From the NCBI GenBank assembly GCA_963664325.2, contig CAXXDQ010000003.1:96001-160000 (forward strand): DNA of 64,000 nt, written 5' to 3'. Source of the DNA: Desulfomonilia bacterium (lineage in GTDB: Bacteria > Desulfobacterota > Desulfomonilia > UBA1062). Below are positions 10,319 through 22,797 of the stretch, piece after piece. Position 1 is the stretch's first letter, and each line of letters starts with the position of its first letter. The notes under the pieces were generated by a model, which ran no database searches, was not told the DNA's origin, and worked only from the letters and a program-made list of their open reading frames with translations. The translations under genes and the position numbers were made by a program.

Positions 10319-10379
10319 ACACTTTTTTTTTATTTTTTTTAAAATATTTTTTATTTTCTTTTTTTGATATATTATTCCC

Positions 10380-11657
10380 ATGAGGAAATCCGCTCAGCCA
10401 CTTGCTTTCAGGATAAGGCCGGCCGGCCTTGACGACCTCATTGGACAGACCCAGGCAAAAAAATATATTACTGATTTTCAAAAAGGTGCCGCCAAGTCGG
10501 CCATATTATGGGGACCTCCCGGCAGCGGAAAGACGACCGTTGCAACAATAATTAGCAGACTCTTTCCCGAAAGGTTCAATTCCCTGAGTGCGGTAACAAG
10601 CGGGCTGCAGGAATTAAGGAAGATTACCGGCGAGGCCGACAATAAAACCGAAACCCCGATCGTTTTCATAGACGAGATACACCGCTACAACAAGGCACAG
10701 CAGGATGCCCTGCTGCCCCATGTGGAGAGCGGAAGGATAATATTCATAGGTGCAACGACCGAAAATCCTTCTTTTTCCATAATTTCCCCGCTCCTTTCAA
10801 GGGCCAGGGTGGTTGTGCTCGGATCGCTTTCAGCCGATGAAATCACTGCAATTCTCGAAAGGGCCCTTAAGGATGATACGCTCAGGTCGCTGGGGAGGGA
10901 AATAGAACAGGAGGCAGTTGCCTCGATTGCAGGTGCGGCCGACGGTGATGCAAGGGCTGCTTTGAACCTTCTTGAGTTCATAATGACAAGGTCCGAAAAT
11001 CCCGTCATCAGAAAAGATGACCTTGAAGGGCTTCTTGAAAGGCCGCTTTATCATGACAGAATGGGCGAGTATCACTATGACCTGATCAGCGCCTTTCATA
11101 AATGCGTACGCGCTTCCGATGTCGACGCCAGTGTCTACTGGCTTGCAAGGATGATGGAGGCGGGCGAAGACCGGGTATATATATTAAGACGCATGATCCG
11201 CATGGCCTCGGAAGACATAGGCATGGCCGACCCGAATGCCTTGCGCATGGTTATGGCGGCCAGGGATGCATTCATTTCCGTAGGCATGCCGGAAGGGGAT
11301 ATCGCCCTTTATCAGGCTGCCGTATATCTGGCTCTGGCGCCGAAGAGCAATGCCCTTTATATTATGGAAATAAAGGCAAAGAAACTGATAGCAAAGACAG
11401 GCACGCCACCCGTCCCCCTTGCCATCAGGAATGCCCCGACAAAGCTGATGCAGGAGCTTGGTTATGCAAAGGGTTATGCATACGCGCATGATGACCGGGA
11501 GGGTGCGCTCCTGATGGAATACATGCCGGAAGGCCTTGAAGGGACAACACTTTATACACCTGGAAACGAAGGTTTTGAAAAAAGGCTCAAGGAGATAATA
11601 GATGCTAGAAACAAGGCTAAGAGAGCTGCATCAGGAAAGGCTCGCAAACCTGATTGA
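10380..11657 (+). CDS. rarA: Replication-associated recombination protein A (MgsA/RarA)
   Basis: WGPPGSGKTT, FIDEIHRYNKAQQDALLP, GATTENPSF, MASEDIGMADP, APKSNA. Confidence 0.95.
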   Translation: MRKSAQPLAFRIRPAGLDDLIGQTQAKKYITDFQKGAAKSAILWGPPGSGKTTVATIISRLFPERFNSLSAVTSGLQELRKITGEADNKTETPIVFIDEIHRYNKAQQDALLPHVESGRIIFIGATTENPSFSIISPLLSRARVVVLGSLSADEITAILERALKDDTLRSLGREIEQEAVASIAGAADGDARAALNLLEFIMTRSENPVIRKDDLEGLLERPLYHDRMGEYHYDLISAFHKCVRASDVDASVYWLARMMEAGEDRVYILRRMIRMASEDIGMADPNALRMVMAARDAFISVGMPEGDIALYQAAVYLALAPKSNALYIMEIKAKKLIAKTGTPPVPLAIRNAPTKLMQELGYAKGYAYAHDDREGALLMEYMPEGLEGTTLYTPGNEGFEKRLKEIIDARNKAKRAASGKARKPD

Positions 11658-12960
11658 GTCAGGCGCCCAATACGTCAGAAAGGATCAGATCGAGGCTGAT
11701 CTCGATGCGTTCGACCCTCAAGCCGTTAAAGATCTGATTAACGGCCGGAACATGTACACACCGCTTGCGGGTGCAATCGAGCCTGTCGAGATCATTCCCG
11801 CCGGATTTGCATCAAAAGCTGAAGCGGGGCCGTATTATGCCTGCGGTGAAAAACTGATATCGGAGGGAAAAGTTGCCGTAGTGGTTGTGGCCGGGGGACA
11901 GGGTTCAAGGCTTGGCGTTTCGGTCCCCAAGGGCACTGTCGAGGTGAGTCCTGTAAGGCACAAGAGCCTGTTTCAGATTCATTCCGAAAAAATCCTTGCT
12001 TTAAAGAAACGTTATGGCGCCCCAGTGCATTTTTTTATTATGACCTCCAGGGCAAATGATAAGGATACAAAAGCCTTTTTTTCCGGTAACGATTATTTTG
12101 GTCTGGCTCAAAACGAGGTGCATTTCTTTATCCAGGGCATGCTCCCTTCGTTTAACAGTGACGGGGGCTTTATTCTTTCACAAACAGGCGGGCTTTTCAT
12201 GAACCCTGACGGGCATGGCGGGACATTTTCTGCATTAAGGCGTAACGGATGCATAAAATTGATGCAAGCCCACGGAATTGAAGAGCTGTTTTACTTCCAG
12301 GTGGACAACCCGATTGTGAAAATATGTGATCCGCTTTTTATCGGCCTGCACAAAAAAAAGGCGGCACAGATGTCTTCCAAGATACTCAAAAAAAGAAATC
12401 CGGAGGAAAAGGTGGGAGTGATTGCCCGGACAGGCGGCAAAACATGCGTGATTGAATACAGCGACATGCCTCATGACCTGCTTTATGCAAAGGATGAGAA
12501 GGGTGACATGCTCTACTGGGCCGGTTCGATTGCAATCCATATGATAAATGTGGCCTTTGCAGACTGGATAACATCGGAAGGGCTTTCAATTCCTTTCCAC
12601 AGGGCCGTAAAAAAAATTCAGACACTCGATGAGACCGGAAGGGCTTCGGAAATAAACGGTATTAAGTATGAGGGTTTTGTATTTGACGCGCTGCCTTTAA
12701 CCAGCTCGTCGGTTACGCTTGAAGTCAGGCGTGAGGATGAATTTGCACCTGTCAAGAACGCTACAGGGGAAGACTCGCTTGAATCCTCGAAACAGATGCA
12801 GTCCGAACTGCACAGGTCATGGCTAGATAGTGCGGGCCGGACGATTTCACCGGATGCGGCTGTTGAAATAAGCCCTCTTTTCGCCCTCGATGCCGGGGAT
12901 GTAAAAAGGCGTGTTTCGGAAATCCCCGAACTTGCCGGGTCAAATATATATATAGAATAA
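11602..12960 (+). CDS. UDPGP type 1 family nucleotidyltransferase (UDP-GlcNAc pyrophosphorylase-like)
   Basis: AGGQGSRLG..PKG, PDGHGG, FQVDNP, IEYSD, KYEGFVFD, EFAPVKN. Confidence 0.85.
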   Translation: MLETRLRELHQERLANLIESGAQYVRKDQIEADLDAFDPQAVKDLINGRNMYTPLAGAIEPVEIIPAGFASKAEAGPYYACGEKLISEGKVAVVVVAGGQGSRLGVSVPKGTVEVSPVRHKSLFQIHSEKILALKKRYGAPVHFFIMTSRANDKDTKAFFSGNDYFGLAQNEVHFFIQGMLPSFNSDGGFILSQTGGLFMNPDGHGGTFSALRRNGCIKLMQAHGIEELFYFQVDNPIVKICDPLFIGLHKKKAAQMSSKILKKRNPEEKVGVIARTGGKTCVIEYSDMPHDLLYAKDEKGDMLYWAGSIAIHMINVAFADWITSEGLSIPFHRAVKKIQTLDETGRASEINGIKYEGFVFDALPLTSSSVTLEVRREDEFAPVKNATGEDSLESSKQMQSELHRSWLDSAGRTISPDAAVEISPLFALDAGDVKRRVSEIPELAGSNIYIE

Positions 12961-12972
12961 CCGGAGGCCTGA

Positions 12973-15150
12973 TTGAACCTTTTCCTCTCATTCATAAGTT
13001 ATCTGAAAAAGGCATACTGGGAGATTATCATCTGGGTAGGCTCCCTGATTGTACTGGGCTTTGTCGTCGCCTTTGCCATGTATTCCTTCAGGATTGTGGA
13101 AAGGGAGATGGCCGCGCAGTTCAACCGTGAACAGGAGCTACTGGCCGAGCAGATGGCAATGGGCATACAGCAGTATATGAACGACATCATCAACGTGATG
13201 AGCCTCACGTCGCGTATAGAAACTGTTGCAGCCGGAGACCGGGAACAGGTTACGATAGCCATGAAAAACGCCTATACATCCCTGAGGAACAAGGTGAACT
13301 TTATATTCTGGGAAGACACTTCGGGGATCATGCAATACCATTTTCCGTCAGACGTCCTGCCTGGGATTGACGGTAAGGATTTCAGCTACCGCACATATTT
13401 CAGGGTGGCCCGACAGATGAAGGTGCCATATGTATCAGATATAATACTTGTGGGCGGAACTGAAAATAAGGATATACCTGATAAGTTTGAGACCTTCGTC
13501 ATAGTATTTCCGCTTATCGGGGGAGATAAAAAGTTCAACGGCGTAATAGGATGCGCCATCGACCTTAAAAACATTACCGTGCAGTACGTGGCGCCGATCC
13601 AGCCTTCGAAAACCGGATACGCCTGGCTTGTGGACGAATCCGGGATGCTCCTGTACCACCCGGACCCTGCACTCCTCGGCATGAACCTTTACGATGTCAT
13701 CATGAACATGAAGAAGGGGAACATCCCCATCCAGGGTATAGAGGAAGTAAGGCAGGAGATGGAGGTCAAGAACAGCGGAAGTTCCGAGATCGTATTCCCG
13801 CATTATCCGAACGGCGACCTGACCAGGAAGCTCCTTGCGTTTTCGTCCGTGCATTTTTTGAACAGGCGTTGGGTTACCGTTGTCACTTCACCGTACCGCG
13901 AGGTCGTATACCTCATGCAGGGAACCTTCAAGAACACCCTCACGCTCGGGTCTGTCAGCATAGCATTCATTGTCATTGCAACACTTTTTGTCCTGAGGAT
14001 CAACCGTGCTCGTACGAGGGCCGCCGAAAGGAACAGATGGGCGGACCAGGTGCTGACGGCGCATAAGAGGCTTGAAACTGTATTCAACGGCGTGCCCCAT
14101 TTTCTTGTAACGGTTGACGACAGGATGGTTATCAAGGATGCAAACGAGAACTTCTGCGGTCTTTACAAGAAGGAGCGCAGCATGATGACCGGCATAAACT
14201 GTATTGACGATTTTCCCGAAAAACAGATTTTCTGTCCCGAGGAGGTCATACAGGCCGCCTTTGATACCGGCGCAATCCAGACATTAAGGGACAGACTCAT
14301 TGAGATCGACGGCGAAAAACGCTATTTTGACATCAGCGCCATACCCCTTGCAGGAACAACTGGGAATGCGGACATGGTCGTCCAGTACGGCGTCGAGATA
14401 ACCGAAAAAAAGGCGCTGACGGAAAAACTGATTCAGGCGGAAAAGCTTGCCGCAGTAGGCCAGATATCTGCCCATATGGCTCATGAGATAAGAAATCCGC
14501 TTACCTCGATCATGCTGCATTCTGAGCTTCTTGGGGATGAAGTCAAGGCCGGAATGGGCGAGAATACAGAGGCCATGAGGCTACTCAAGGTTGTAATTGA
14601 CGAAATCGACAGGCTCTCGAACATCACAGAAGAATATCTTGCATATGCCAGGCTTCCCATGCCGAAAAAACAGGTGATCGAAGCCGACACTGTCGTTTTG
14701 TCCGTTCTGGAAATGATGCTGCCGGAGATGCACAGGCGCAACATCAACCTGAAATATGCCGAACCCCGTATTTCCACAAAGATCAATATTGACAGCGGCC
14801 AGTTCAGGCAGGTGCTTATAAACCTAATCAAGAATGCCGTCGATGCCATGCCGTCGGGCGGGGAAATAGAAGTATTGATGATGGAGAGAGGCAAGCATCT
14901 CGTATTATTTATTAAGGATACCGGATCGGGAATTCCGAAAGATATAAAAAGGCGCATATTCGATCCTTATTTTACTACAAAAGACAATGGAACGGGTTTG
15001 GGGCTTTATCTGGTGCAATACATAGCCAATGCCCATGACGGATGGGTGGATGTGGAAAGCCAGCGTGGTTCCGGCTCCACTTTCATGCTGACTCTGCCGG
15101 TTTATAATGAAGAAATGGAGAAAGAGAATGATCAGGAAAGCCATAATTAG
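12973..15150 (+). CDS. Sensor histidine kinase with periplasmic Cache domain and PAS
   Basis: Two TM helices flanking a dCache-like region; H-box AHEIRNPL, N-box NLIKNA, DTGSGI, GTGLGL. Confidence 0.92.
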   Translation: MNLFLSFISYLKKAYWEIIIWVGSLIVLGFVVAFAMYSFRIVEREMAAQFNREQELLAEQMAMGIQQYMNDIINVMSLTSRIETVAAGDREQVTIAMKNAYTSLRNKVNFIFWEDTSGIMQYHFPSDVLPGIDGKDFSYRTYFRVARQMKVPYVSDIILVGGTENKDIPDKFETFVIVFPLIGGDKKFNGVIGCAIDLKNITVQYVAPIQPSKTGYAWLVDESGMLLYHPDPALLGMNLYDVIMNMKKGNIPIQGIEEVRQEMEVKNSGSSEIVFPHYPNGDLTRKLLAFSSVHFLNRRWVTVVTSPYREVVYLMQGTFKNTLTLGSVSIAFIVIATLFVLRINRARTRAAERNRWADQVLTAHKRLETVFNGVPHFLVTVDDRMVIKDANENFCGLYKKERSMMTGINCIDDFPEKQIFCPEEVIQAAFDTGAIQTLRDRLIEIDGEKRYFDISAIPLAGTTGNADMVVQYGVEITEKKALTEKLIQAEKLAAVGQISAHMAHEIRNPLTSIMLHSELLGDEVKAGMGENTEAMRLLKVVIDEIDRLSNITEEYLAYARLPMPKKQVIEADTVVLSVLEMMLPEMHRRNINLKYAEPRISTKINIDSGQFRQVLINLIKNAVDAMPSGGEIEVLMMERGKHLVLFIKDTGSGIPKDIKRRIFDPYFTTKDNGTGLGLYLVQYIANAHDGWVDVESQRGSGSTFMLTLPVYNEEMEKENDQESHN

Positions 15151-16189
15151 TCTGGCGATTGTCCTTTGTACGGCAACGGCTGCAGCGGCGGACGGGGCAA
15201 AAGTCACGGCAATGGTCCCGCCGGGAATGGGCGAAGTATTCATGATGTCGCAGGGCACTTCCGAGATGCTAAGATTCATCCATTCGAAATACGACTCGGA
15301 TGTCAAGAGACTTGAAGTCCTTTATAATATTCCGGCCCTTAGGAATCAGATGGATAAATCGAGCATTTTGAGCAGGACCGAGAATGACGCTATGACTGCG
15401 AAAGTGCAGGCTATAAGGAATGAATATGTTTCCAGGTTAAAGATTAAAATCGACAAGGTGAATCCTTTCATATCCCCGGAGACATCCGCCACAGGGGAAA
15501 TAGAATTCACTTATACGGCCACAAACAATTCGGACAGGATAATTGCCGACATAACCTATACCCCCGTGATAGGAAAAATAGAAATACAGACACCCTCAAA
15601 ACTTGTGCTTGACTTCATCGACAGGGCCACACTCAAGGTCGGGCTTGCGCCGGGAAAGACAATGATCACGACGGAAAAAGACCCTGACAGGTTCTCATTC
15701 GTCATGGGACAGATGAACAAAAACGACCTGGCCTATGTCATGAAAAATGTTGAAAAGGGATTATCCCTCAAAATTAAAGATATACATTTCGCAAACTCGA
15801 TTGAATACATGGATCAGAGCAAGCTGCTTACCGTCGAAGAGGCTTTTCCTGAAAGGTTGAAAGACCTGGTTGCCGTCAGTTCAAGCGAGAAAAGGACAGC
15901 CGATGAAAACCTTGATAAATATAGAAAAGCCCAGAAGGAGTTTGATGCCGCAAAATCGACAGCCCTGCTGGAATTTAACCGTGAGGCAGGGGAGCTGAAG
16001 AAATCGGCAGTGAGATATACCTCCAGGGCCGACAGGAAAGGGCGGGCGGTTTTTAAAGAGGTGGCACCCGGAGATTATTATATCTACGGGAGCAAAGACG
16101 GCCGTGTCGTTTTTCAGGAAATTTCCGTCAGGAGTTCCAGATTGAAAGTCAAGGCGGAAGAACTCAGAAAGGACCCGTTCAAGCCATGA
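15128..16189 (+). CDS. Exported hypothetical protein between kinase and regulator
   Basis: Signal peptide (AAA-AD cleavage); overlaps both neighbours; no recognisable catalytic motif. Confidence 0.7.
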   Translation: MIRKAIISLAIVLCTATAAAADGAKVTAMVPPGMGEVFMMSQGTSEMLRFIHSKYDSDVKRLEVLYNIPALRNQMDKSSILSRTENDAMTAKVQAIRNEYVSRLKIKIDKVNPFISPETSATGEIEFTYTATNNSDRIIADITYTPVIGKIEIQTPSKLVLDFIDRATLKVGLAPGKTMITTEKDPDRFSFVMGQMNKNDLAYVMKNVEKGLSLKIKDIHFANSIEYMDQSKLLTVEEAFPERLKDLVAVSSSEKRTADENLDKYRKAQKEFDAAKSTALLEFNREAGELKKSAVRYTSRADRKGRAVFKEVAPGDYYIYGSKDGRVVFQEISVRSSRLKVKAEELRKDPFKP

Positions 16190-17541
16190 GCAGAAGAATA
16201 CTCGTTGTCGATGATGAAGTGGGCATAAGGGAATCGCTCAAGGTCATCCTGGAGAAGGAAGGTTATGCAGTGGACACGGCCTCGAACGGAGAGGACGCCT
16301 TCAAGATAATCAGGCAGGGCGGGATAGACCTTCTGATAACCGATATCAGGATGGCGGGCATGGACGGACTTGAACTCCTGAAGCTCTGCAAATCTGTATC
16401 GCCCCATTCGGAAGTGATAATGATCACCGGCTATGCTGCTGTGGATACGGCCGTGGAGTCCATGAAGGAAGGGGCTTATGACTACATAACCAAGCCATTC
16501 AAAAAGGCCGAAATATTAAAGGCAGTGGGCAAGGCTATAGAGAAACAGACGCTGGCTCTGGATAACCTCAAGCTTAAAAAACAGGTCGAATCGCTCGAAT
16601 CAGGCCTGATCGTGGGCGCAGAGAGCCGAGCCATGCAGGATGTCATCAACATAGTCAACCAGGCCGCCCCGAGCCAGGCAACCATCCTGATACTGGGAGA
16701 GACCGGCACCGGTAAAGAGGTTATCGCCAACATGATACACCGCCTTTCCCCAAGGGCTGCGCGTCCCATGATAAGGGTCAACTGCGCGGCCATCCCCGAG
16801 ACTCTGATCGAGGCGGAGCTGTTCGGGCATGAGAAAGGCGCTTTCACCGGCGCCGAAGGCCGAAGGGAAGGCAGATTCGAGGCGGCCGACAAGTCGACCA
16901 TCTTTCTGGATGAGATCGGAGAGGTCCCTCAGCCGGTGCAGGTCAAGCTTCTGCGCATACTTCAGGAAGGACAGTTCGAGAGGCTGGGCAGCAACAAAAC
17001 CGTCACCGTTGATGTCAGGATTATCGCCGCAACGAACAGGAAAATCGAGGATATGGTCAGGGAAGGCCGGTTCAGGGAAGACCTTTACTGGCGTCTCAAT
17101 GTAATAACGATCAACCTTCCGCCTCTAAGGGAAAGGAAGGAGGATATTCCGGCGCTCGTCCACCATTTTCTTTCGCGCTATGCCATGAAGAACGGCAAAA
17201 CCGTAAGCGGCATCGAGTCGAGGGCCATGGACATGCTCATGGAATACGCATGGCCGGGCAACGTACGCGAGCTTGAAAACATCGTGGAAAGGAGCGTCGT
17301 GCTCGACAGGGACGGCGTTCTCGGCGAGGACGACCTGCCGCGCAACATGGCTTCGACCGGTATCGCCCAGACAAAGGAAATGCTCACGTTCACGGTCGGC
17401 ACTCCGCTGGAAGAGGTCGAGCGCCAGCTCATGGAAGAGACGCTAAAATATACGAAGGGCGACAAGGCCATGGCCTCGCGCCTGCTTGGCGTGTCCACGA
17501 GGACCCTGTACAGAAAATTCGACAAGACCGAGGATGAATAG
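16186..17541 (+). CDS. Sigma54-dependent (NtrC family) response regulator
   Basis: Receiver domain, GETGTGKE, GAFTGA, FLDEIGE, WPGNVRELEN, Fis-type HTH. Confidence 0.95.
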   Translation: MSRRILVVDDEVGIRESLKVILEKEGYAVDTASNGEDAFKIIRQGGIDLLITDIRMAGMDGLELLKLCKSVSPHSEVIMITGYAAVDTAVESMKEGAYDYITKPFKKAEILKAVGKAIEKQTLALDNLKLKKQVESLESGLIVGAESRAMQDVINIVNQAAPSQATILILGETGTGKEVIANMIHRLSPRAARPMIRVNCAAIPETLIEAELFGHEKGAFTGAEGRREGRFEAADKSTIFLDEIGEVPQPVQVKLLRILQEGQFERLGSNKTVTVDVRIIAATNRKIEDMVREGRFREDLYWRLNVITINLPPLRERKEDIPALVHHFLSRYAMKNGKTVSGIESRAMDMLMEYAWPGNVRELENIVERSVVLDRDGVLGEDDLPRNMASTGIAQTKEMLTFTVGTPLEEVERQLMEETLKYTKGDKAMASRLLGVSTRTLYRKFDKTEDE

Positions 17542-17544
17542 TTG

Positions 17545-17667
17545 GTTCCGTTCCGCATTCAAGCGCTGCCGTTGTCTCTTCGCCTTCGGCTTGAGGAGCG
17601 AAACAGGGTGCACGAGATCTCATTTTCTTCTTGCCTCCTCGGTTTCATCTTGAATACATAACGGAAC
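17545..17667. repeat. 123-bp element bounded by 19-bp imperfect inverted repeats (MITE-like)
   Basis: GTTCCGTTCCGCATTCAAG (17545-17563) versus reverse complement of 17649-17667 GTTCCGTTATGTATTCAAG, 16/19 match. Confidence 0.55.
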
Positions 17668-17980
17668 TCTGCACAGAACATTATAACTTTACATATCAAT
17701 CCGGCAAAAACCAAAGGGCCTTGAAATGGGACAAATTAATAGATTTATCATGGATCAGGGCCAGGCACCTTTTCGTTTCTGAGTACAGCAATATCAACTG
17801 ACATATGGATTGAATTCCCTTTTCTAGTTGAAAAGTATATTAATGGAAACAGCACAAAGGTGTTTCAGATAAAGTACTGCTGAGCGGCGGGAATATTGAG
17901 GTGGCACTAAGAGCCCTCTGCAGGCCGGATGCCAAAGATTGAGGATATCGGCTCAAAAAACTTTTCAAGGAGATCTGAAT

Positions 17981-19810
17981 ATGGATATCAGCGGAAAAGA
18001 TGAAACAGTAATCGAGACAAAACAGTCCAGACGGAAATTCCTTGCCCTTGCCGGGAAAGTGACGGCCTTTCTTGCGGCGCTGCCTGTTCTGAACATTGCA
18101 GGCGGCAAAGCCAGGGCCTCGGGTGCGCCCGCCAGTGAGCCGCAAACAGCCGTTTCGTTCAAAAGCGGGAATTATACGCTGCTGAAAAACGGCTTTATTG
18201 TCGACGGAACCGGCAAAAAGGGTTTTCAGGGGAATCTGCTTATCTCTGATGACAGGATAGAGAAAATATCCGAGCGTGAAATCAATGCCGAGGGCAAAGT
18301 CGTTGACTGTGCCGGATTGACCGTAATGCCGGGCATTATCGACGCGCACTCCCATATGGACTGGTATCTGCCGATCAAAGGGCATGAGGAACTCAAGCTC
18401 CCATTCACGGCCCAGGGGATCACCACTTTTATGGCCGGGCAGTGCGGCTTCGCAAATGCCGGGTATCGTGAAAACTCTCCTTTCGTCAGCAAAATCGGAA
18501 ACAGCCTGTTTCCTATGGACCTCATCCATATCCAGTGGAACACCATGCAGGAGTATTTTGATTATCTGAAGAAAAACGGCATGACCCACAACATGATGAG
18601 CCTTGTGGGGCATGGCACCACCAGGACTTCAATGCGCGGGTTTGACGCCTCGCCTATGACGAACGACGAAATGAAGGAGATGCTCAATCTGCTTGAAAAC
18701 GCCATGGACCAGGGCGCTTCCGGCGTCTCATTCGGCCTGCAGTATGAGCCGGGAATCTTTGCGCATGGCGACGAACTGCGCCAGATCGCCAGGCTCGTCA
18801 AAAAGAAGGACAAGCTTATGACAGTTCATCTGAGGGCATACTCGGCGCTGGCACCGGGGTACCCCATGAGTACGCCGAAAATCCTTCTGGATTATGTTAT
18901 GCCTTTTGACGGTTATGAACCTCATAATCTGATAGCCATAGACGAACTGCTCGATGTTGCGCGGGACACGGGTGTGCGCCTGCAGATATCCCACCTGATA
19001 TTTGTAGGCGAAAGGACATTCAAGACATGCGATGAAGCGCTAAGCCGCATTGACAGGGCGGCAAAGGAAGGGGTGGACGTCAAGTTCGACACCTACTCGT
19101 ATCATTGCGGCCAGTCGATACTTGGTTCCATTTTCCCTGCATGGTTCCTGGCGCAGGCCCCGGCTGCCTATACCGATACAACAATGCTTAAAAAACTAAG
19201 GAGCGAATTCGGCCTGGCTCAGCGGTTCCTGGGCTTTGGCGTTAACGATATCCAGATTACATATGCGGGCAATCCCGAGTTGAACGAGTTCAACGGCATG
19301 TTCCTCTCGGAGATAGCGAAGAAAAGAGGAATGGACTGGTTTGACGCGACTATGGATATAGCCAGGAAAACCAATGTATCCGCTGCGGTGCTCAATCACA
19401 GGTATTCCAACCTGCCGGTTGTCGAATCCCTGATGAGGCATCCGGCCTCATTGTTCATGACTGACGCCCTCCCGGAAGCACAGGGTGTTCAAAATCCGGC
19501 TGCCTACGGGAGTTTCCCGCTGTTCTTCCAGCTCGCAAGGGAGAAAAAGATTATTTCCCTGGAAGAGGCTGTCTGTAAGATGACCGGGGCAACCGCACAG
19601 CGCTACAGGATAAAAGACAGAGGGTTCCTGAAAGAGGGGCTTGCGGCTGATATCACGGTTATCGACTGGAAAAACATTAAGGACAACAATACGGTTGCGG
19701 AAACAAACAAAAATCCCACCGGAGTGGAGGCGGTATTCATCAACGGCGTACAGGTGGCTGATAAAGGTAAGGCAGACGGTTCGATCAAGGCAGGTAAAGT
19801 TCTGGTATAA
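17981..19810 (+). CDS. Tat-exported amidohydrolase, N-acyl-D-amino-acid deacylase family
   Basis: SRRKFL Tat motif; PGIIDAHSH, GQCG, VGHGT-R, QISH, DRGFLKEGLAADI. Confidence 0.85.
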   Translation: MDISGKDETVIETKQSRRKFLALAGKVTAFLAALPVLNIAGGKARASGAPASEPQTAVSFKSGNYTLLKNGFIVDGTGKKGFQGNLLISDDRIEKISEREINAEGKVVDCAGLTVMPGIIDAHSHMDWYLPIKGHEELKLPFTAQGITTFMAGQCGFANAGYRENSPFVSKIGNSLFPMDLIHIQWNTMQEYFDYLKKNGMTHNMMSLVGHGTTRTSMRGFDASPMTNDEMKEMLNLLENAMDQGASGVSFGLQYEPGIFAHGDELRQIARLVKKKDKLMTVHLRAYSALAPGYPMSTPKILLDYVMPFDGYEPHNLIAIDELLDVARDTGVRLQISHLIFVGERTFKTCDEALSRIDRAAKEGVDVKFDTYSYHCGQSILGSIFPAWFLAQAPAAYTDTTMLKKLRSEFGLAQRFLGFGVNDIQITYAGNPELNEFNGMFLSEIAKKRGMDWFDATMDIARKTNVSAAVLNHRYSNLPVVESLMRHPASLFMTDALPEAQGVQNPAAYGSFPLFFQLAREKKIISLEEAVCKMTGATAQRYRIKDRGFLKEGLAADITVIDWKNIKDNNTVAETNKNPTGVEAVFINGVQVADKGKADGSIKAGKVLV

Positions 19811-19831
19811 CGGTGATATAGAAAAGATTAT

Positions 19832-19858
19832 GCCGGGCTTCATAGTTTGAGCCCGGCC
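19832..19858 (+). terminator. Stem-loop after amidohydrolase
   Basis: GCCGGGCT...AGCCCGGC 8-bp stem; no clear U-tract. Confidence 0.4.
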
Positions 19859-20365
19859 TGGGAACTGAAGGAACTTATCCTGAGGAACCGACTCTGGAAT
19901 ATCCCCCCGACGGGGTTTACGGCAGGGAAACGACAGAGAAAAGACAAGCGCGGCAAAGCAGATTATTGCACCGGGTTCATCGATTTGTTTTCAAACTAAT
20001 AATGAAATCTGGCTGATAAAATTTACGGCTTGCATGAGGAAGAGGGATAAAGTCTCAACAAGACCAATGATTTATTGCGGAAGTATTAATTTCGATCTCG
20101 GATCAGTGGGCTTAACTCTTTGAATGATATCTGGAGTCTGAGAAACAAAAGATAAAAGCACGCCATTTGTAATTTCTTTCTCTTCCTGCACTACCAAAAA
20201 GGAACAAACCTGCTTTCCTGACTGAATTCCGGACTTTCAGCCAGGGCCTTCTGCTCGTTGTCAAGGCAGTCGAATACATATGGCCGGTCAAGATACAGTC
20301 TGTACGCCTTCATTTATTAAGTCTTATGTAAGGGATATCGCAGCCTAATTTAAGGTTTTGCCTAA

Positions 20366-22681
<2,316 letters not shown>

Positions 22682-22746
22682 CTTAAATGCCTTCGAAGGC
22701 TTATGACCAGGCTGTGGAAAAACGGTTATATGGATTTCCAGGGCCC

Positions 22747-22781
22747 CCCCGGCATAAGCCATCTCAGCTGTTATGCCGGGG
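22747..22781. terminator. Hairpin between convergent katG and beta-helix gene
   Basis: CCCCGGCATAA...TTATGCCGGGG 11-bp stem. Confidence 0.55.
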
Positions 22782-22797
22782 CCAGGCAGGCCCATTT

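Noticed and set aside
17844-17942. Short frame reading VLLSGGNIEVAL, like the end of a PLP dehydratase
   Set aside because: About 30 codons, no start, stop just upstream; cannot be told from chance
20191-20313. 40-aa minus-strand ORF upstream of katG (MKAYRLYLDRPYVFDC...)
   Set aside because: No RBS, paralog or motif; at most a gene remnant
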